A stretch of DNA of 28,224 bases, from positions 1 through 28,224 of the IMG/VR virus record IMGVR_UViG_3300047292_000009. One strand, given 5' to 3'. The stretch comes from a virus (Duplodnaviria > Caudoviricetes). Below are positions 24,712 to 28,224 of the stretch, piece after piece (positions within the stretch are counted from its first letter, which is position 1; each line of letters starts with the position of its first letter). The translations under genes were made by a program, and so were the position numbers. The notes beneath the pieces are model-generated. The model did no database searches, was not told the origin of the DNA, and saw only the letters and a program-made list of their open reading frames with translations.

Positions 24712-25209
24712 ATGATCGACCCCATAGCAGCTCTAGATGGGCTACAAAAAGCAATAGGGATGGTCAAGAAGGCAAGCAAGGTAGCCAACGATATCGGTGG
24801 TCTTGCTCCTATGATCGGTAAGATGTTTGATGCTAAGAGCCAAGCTACTAAGGCTATGCTCCAAGCTAAACGTGATAAAACAAAGTCTAACTTTGCAGTG
24901 GCTCTCCAGATCGAAATGGCTCTGGATCAAGCTAAGACTTTTGAGGAGGAGTTAAAACTGCTCTTCATGCAGACAGGAAAGATTGACGTCTGGAATAAGA
25001 TTAAAGCTCGTGAAGCTGCTGACAACCTAGCCGATGCTAAGGAGATGGCAGCTCTGAAGGCTGAAGAGAAGAAACAGAAGCAGAAAGAACAAGAGGAGAT
25101 GGAAATGGTAGCCCTCATTGGAGGTATTGCCTTTGTCCTTCTCCTAGTGGGTATCGGTATCAACGAACTCATGGACTTCTGCCAAGCAACTAAAAGGTGT
25201 GGCAGATGA
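24712..25209 (+). CDS. Coiled-coil protein with C-terminal TM helix
   Basis: MIDP N-terminus, charged coil, TM VALIGGIAFVLLLVGIGI; RBS AAGGA. Confidence 0.8.
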   Translation: MIDPIAALDGLQKAIGMVKKASKVANDIGGLAPMIGKMFDAKSQATKAMLQAKRDKTKSNFAVALQIEMALDQAKTFEEELKLLFMQTGKIDVWNKIKAREAADNLADAKEMAALKAEEKKQKQKEQEEMEMVALIGGIAFVLLLVGIGINELMDFCQATKRCGR

Positions 25210-25355
25210 ACGAGTATCAGAAGCAGTTTGATTTACTGCTAAGGATATTCGTTTATATGCTTGTAGCTTGGTGGTTCTTAGGCTTCCTTAAATTCTTACC
25301 AAATGACTTATCAGACAAGATTGTGGCACTTCTATTGGGAAAGATTGGGCTATGA
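25206..25355 (+). CDS. 49-aa membrane protein
   Basis: MNEYQKQFDLLLRIFVYMLVAWWFLGFLKFLPNDLSDKIVALLLGKIGL; ATGA overlaps at both ends. Confidence 0.7.
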   Translation: MNEYQKQFDLLLRIFVYMLVAWWFLGFLKFLPNDLSDKIVALLLGKIGL

Positions 25356-25513
25356 AAGTAACACCTTACCAACACAATGCAAACCTGTTGAAAGAGTACC
25401 AGAAGGTGATCAATCAACAACACATAAAGGAACTGGAGAAGTTAAACCGACAAGCGGAGGAGAGATTCAAAGCTCAGTGGGTTAAGACAGGCTCTGTGGA
25501 TATCTATGTATAA
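25352..25513 (+). CDS. 53-aa helical protein
   Basis: MKVTPYQHNANLLKEYQKVINQQHIKELEKLNRQAEERFKAQWVKTGSVDIYV; coupled to its neighbours. Confidence 0.7.
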   Translation: MKVTPYQHNANLLKEYQKVINQQHIKELEKLNRQAEERFKAQWVKTGSVDIYV

Positions 25514-25721
25514 ATATCTTTTAATACCCTTACTGTTTCTGATGACAGGCTGTGAAGACAGATACAGATACTACTGTCAAAACCCTGATAACTTCCATGC
25601 TGAACAGTGTCAGAAACCTAGATGTCAGTTTACTCAGACCTGTCCTGAATACCTAGTAGCACCCATATTGGAGAAACAAATTGATCAGTCTAAACAGCAA
25701 CAAACCAAAACTAACCCCTGA
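25506..25721 (+). CDS. Cys-rich lipoprotein
   Basis: Signal peptide with lipobox MTG-C; four further Cys in the mature part. Confidence 0.75.
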   Translation: MYKYLLIPLLFLMTGCEDRYRYYCQNPDNFHAEQCQKPRCQFTQTCPEYLVAPILEKQIDQSKQQQTKTNP

Positions 25722-26211
25722 GGAGATTGAGGTACGTATCTGGGGCTTTGTAGTAGTTGCTATCACTATAATTCTCTTCGGTATTGTCTTTGCACTCCTG
25801 TACTCAGTCACCTTTGTGACACAGCCTATCAAGTCAATGGCTCCTATCGACCAAGCTTACACTAAGATGCTTAACGATATTGTCTTGTTGATTGTAGGCG
25901 GTATCGGTGGTATTGTAGGTAAGAGAGCTGTTAACTCAGCTACCAATGCCTTCAATAAACCTCCAACACCTCCTATGATGATGGGACAGCCCTGTGGAGG
26001 AAGTGGATACGGTATGCCTAATAGTAGTTATGCTCCACCACAGTCAGCCTATGGCCTACCAAGTCAACCCTTTGGTGCAATGCCAGTGTGGAAGAATCCT
26101 GAGCTAGATGAATCTTGGACACCCGGCCCTCCACCTACAACTCCTCCTGAGCACTTAGAGGATGATGAGGATAGAGCTGAGATAGCTGAAGCTAGGAAGG
26201 AAGTTGACTAA
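25681..26211 (+). CDS. Putative holin (2 TM) with a Pro-rich tail
   Basis: Two TM segments; TTG start with GGAGA RBS; lies upstream of the spanins and endolysin. Confidence 0.6.
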   Translation: MISLNSNKPKLTPEEIEVRIWGFVVVAITIILFGIVFALLYSVTFVTQPIKSMAPIDQAYTKMLNDIVLLIVGGIGGIVGKRAVNSATNAFNKPPTPPMMMGQPCGGSGYGMPNSSYAPPQSAYGLPSQPFGAMPVWKNPELDESWTPGPPPTTPPEHLEDDEDRAEIAEARKEVD

Positions 26212-26681
26212 TGTTACCAATACCTTTACCGTGGATCATCATAGGTGCAATAGTATCTCTGTTCACAACCTATCAAGTGGGTCATCGTTATGGATGGCTT
26301 GAGCGTGATGGAGAGATGCAAGTTGAGATAGCTAAGAAGAACGATGAAGCTCGTGAACTTGAAAAGAACATGGCTTCTAAGTTAGCTGATAAAGAAACTG
26401 AGTTGAGAAAGGCTAAGAATGAAATATCTAAGAAACAGTCTGCTATGCGTGAGCTTGCTAACACTGGTAGGTTGCGCCTCCCCACCTCCAGTTGTGTACA
26501 AACCAGCTCAAGTGCCTCCACTCCCGCAGGAGATAGCAGAACTGAGCCAAGCGAACTTGAGCGACAGACTATTAACACTCTTATCGACCTCGTCGCAGAA
26601 GGAGACAAAGCCATCGTCAAACACGCAGCCTGTGTCGCAGCCTACAACGAAGTAAGGGAATCTATCAATGGTAAACGCTGA
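26211..26681 (+). CDS. i-spanin (Rz-like)
   Basis: N-terminal TM, coiled coil, GRLRL motif, C-terminal Cys; contains an embedded lipoprotein ORF. Confidence 0.85.
   Translation: MLPIPLPWIIIGAIVSLFTTYQVGHRYGWLERDGEMQVEIAKKNDEARELEKNMASKLADKETELRKAKNEISKKQSAMRELANTGRLRLPTSSCVQTSSSASTPAGDSRTEPSELERQTINTLIDLVAEGDKAIVKHAACVAAYNEVRESINGKR
26419..26655 (+). CDS. o-spanin (Rz1-like), embedded in the +1 frame
   Basis: Lipobox LVG-C followed by Pro-rich ASPPPVVYKPAQVPPLP; lies fully inside the i-spanin gene. Confidence 0.8.
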   Translation: MKYLRNSLLCVSLLTLVGCASPPPVVYKPAQVPPLPQEIAELSQANLSDRLLTLLSTSSQKETKPSSNTQPVSQPTTK

Positions 26682-27279
26682 TCAATTACGACAACTACAT
26701 ATTGATCCTAACTTAGTCGATCCATTCAATGAGACTTTTCAAAGGTTTGGTATTACTACACCTGCACAACAGGCTTCATGGATTGGTCAATGTGGTCATG
26801 AGTGTGGTAACTTCCGTATCTTAGAAGAGAACTTGAACTACAGAGCACCTACACTGCTTAAACTATTTCCTAAGACACCTAAGCGTCAATGGGGCTTCAC
26901 TCCTGAGGAAGCTGCAGCTTATGAGAAGCAACCACAGAAGATTGCCAATAGGATCTACGGTAATCGTATGGGTAATCGTGATGAAGCTTCAGGTGATGGT
27001 TGGAGGTTCCGTGGATCTGGATTCCTTCAGCTGACTGGTCATAGCAACTTCTATCATGCAGGTCAAGCCTTAGGAGTTGACTTTGTGATGCAACCTGAGC
27101 TAGTACGCACACCTATGTATGCAGCTCAAACAGCTGGCTGGTTCTGGCAAACACATAAGCTTAATCAGTATGCCGATAAAGGTGACTTCCTAACAATGAC
27201 TAAGCGTATCAATGGAGGTACGATTGGTCTAGAGGATCGAATAAAACATATCAACCATGCTCTACACGTACTGAGTTAA
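26668..27279 (+). CDS. Endolysin, glycoside hydrolase family 19
   Basis: GQCGHECG, EENLNY, FRGSGFLQLTG..N, AGWFW and TKRINGG motifs. Confidence 0.95.
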   Translation: MVNADQLRQLHIDPNLVDPFNETFQRFGITTPAQQASWIGQCGHECGNFRILEENLNYRAPTLLKLFPKTPKRQWGFTPEEAAAYEKQPQKIANRIYGNRMGNRDEASGDGWRFRGSGFLQLTGHSNFYHAGQALGVDFVMQPELVRTPMYAAQTAGWFWQTHKLNQYADKGDFLTMTKRINGGTIGLEDRIKHINHALHVLS

Positions 27280-27312
27280 GTATACAATTGTAAGTTTTAA
27301 GTTTACAATTAC

Positions 27313-27350
27313 AAAAGCCCTTTAGAGTTATTAGCTCTAGAGGGCTTTTT
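27313..27350. terminator. Bidirectional intrinsic terminator between the convergent arms
   Basis: AAAA-GCCCTTTAGAGT...GCTCTAGAGGGC-TTTTT. Confidence 0.9.
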
Positions 27351-27356
27351 AGTTGG

Positions 27357-27512
27357 TTAATCCATTATGAAGGCTACTGTAATGAATCCAATGTGTAGAT
27401 AGACAACAGGTACAGGCTCATCGTGCATCTTCTCATCTTCATCCATGATGTACAGTTGATCAGCTTCTAAGCCAAACACTAGACCAGCTTTAGTTTCAAA
27501 CTCTAGAGTCAT
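27357..27512 (-). CDS. Hypothetical 51-aa protein
   Basis: MTLEFETKAGLVFGLEADQLYIMDEDEKMHDEPVPVVYLHIGFITVAFIMD; RBS AAGGAG, ATGA overlap. Confidence 0.75.
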   Translation of the reverse strand: MTLEFETKAGLVFGLEADQLYIMDEDEKMHDEPVPVVYLHIGFITVAFIMD

Positions 27513-27694
27513 GCAGCTTCTCCTTCAACGACTGTATAAGGTACTGTTCGTACTGTTGGAAATTGACTCATAAAGTCTTCCCTTGTGATGTCTCTACCTA
27601 TCTTGATCTCTTTAAAAGGCTTACCCTCTTGTGAGAGAGTAGCCTTCAAAGATACACAAGCGGGACAGTTATCCTTTGTGTACACTGTAATCAT
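27509..27694 (-). CDS. Glutaredoxin / NrdH-like redoxin
   Basis: ITVYTKDNCPAC and RTVP motifs; coupled to the RNR gene. Confidence 0.9.
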   Translation of the reverse strand: MITVYTKDNCPACVSLKATLSQEGKPFKEIKIGRDITREDFMSQFPTVRTVPYTVVEGEAA

Positions 27695-28224
27695 CAGATT
27701 TCACAGCCTCCTGCAGTGCAAGCTAGTGTCTGAGAACCTTCAACATTGTCAGTACGTTCAATGAACTTATCCCAGTCAATACCTAATGGCATCTTAGACA
27801 CCATGTCGTGATACTCAAACTCATTGATGGACTCATAAGGAGCTTGTCGATATGTTCCTCCATCCATAGGCAAGAAGCTCACACCTGTAATCTCATCAAA
27901 GTTATTCCACACCCACGCTCCAACTTCAGGCCACTCAGTCTCGTTCACTGAAATAGTCACTGAAGGCTTATGCTCACAGTAGTGACGCTGGAACAACAAC
28001 CACAGACGCAAGTGCTTAATAGCATTTAAGTCCTCACGTAGTACAGCACCCTTCTCAACTCGCATTGGGAAGCTAAACACTGTAGTACTATCAGGCTTCA
28101 TCACACATGGTTCAGCTACAAACCCTGCTTGAATCATGAACTGAGTTAGAGGGTCTTTGTTATCAGCTCTAACCCTACGGATATAATACTTACTATGCTG
28201 AGGGTGAATGCCACTAGCAGTGGA
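27694..28224 (-). CDS. nrdJ: Class II (B12-dependent) ribonucleotide reductase, C-terminal part
   Basis: Frame open to the window end: SGIHP..YYIRRV, EHKPSVT, GVSFLP, QAPYE, C-terminal ACTAGGCEI redox cysteines. Confidence 0.92.
   Translation of the reverse strand, partial: STASGIHPQHSKYYIRRVRADNKDPLTQFMIQAGFVAEPCVMKPDSTTVFSFPMRVEKGAVLREDLNAIKHLRLWLLFQRHYCEHKPSVTISVNETEWPEVGAWVWNNFDEITGVSFLPMDGGTYRQAPYESINEFEYHDMVSKMPLGIDWDKFIERTDNVEGSQTLACTAGGCEI

Noticed and set aside
25303-25485. ORF-track call 25303..25485(+)
   Set aside because: Overlaps two better, translationally coupled ORFs (25206-25355 and 25352-25513).

Overview
Most of the genome of a lytic, podovirus-like tailed phage; the host is probably a Betaproteobacterium (Burkholderiales, inferred only from regulatory motifs). 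A leftward early/replication arm (about 3700 to 1) has many tiny genes and ends in a T7 gp4-like primase-helicase. A roughly 900 bp non-coding divergent control region (about 3710-4630) follows. The rightward late arm carries terminases, portal, scaffold, capsid, tail fibres with an inserted GIY-YIG endonuclease, adaptor/nozzle, ejection proteins and an expanded lysis cassette. It meets a leftward class II ribonucleotide reductase and glutaredoxin at a bidirectional terminator. Transcription appears to use host sigma70 promoters; no RNA polymerase gene lies in the window. The two most striking unexplained features are (1) a dense, mostly duplicated array of host-type transcription-factor sites in the control region (tandem NrdR boxes 32 bp apart, an SdhR-type box, IHF and OmpR-type sites), which may act as a non-coding repressor decoy, and (2) a Gly-zipper, Thr-rich late protein with five TonB-box-like repeats. 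All family assignments come from motifs read by eye; no database search was run.
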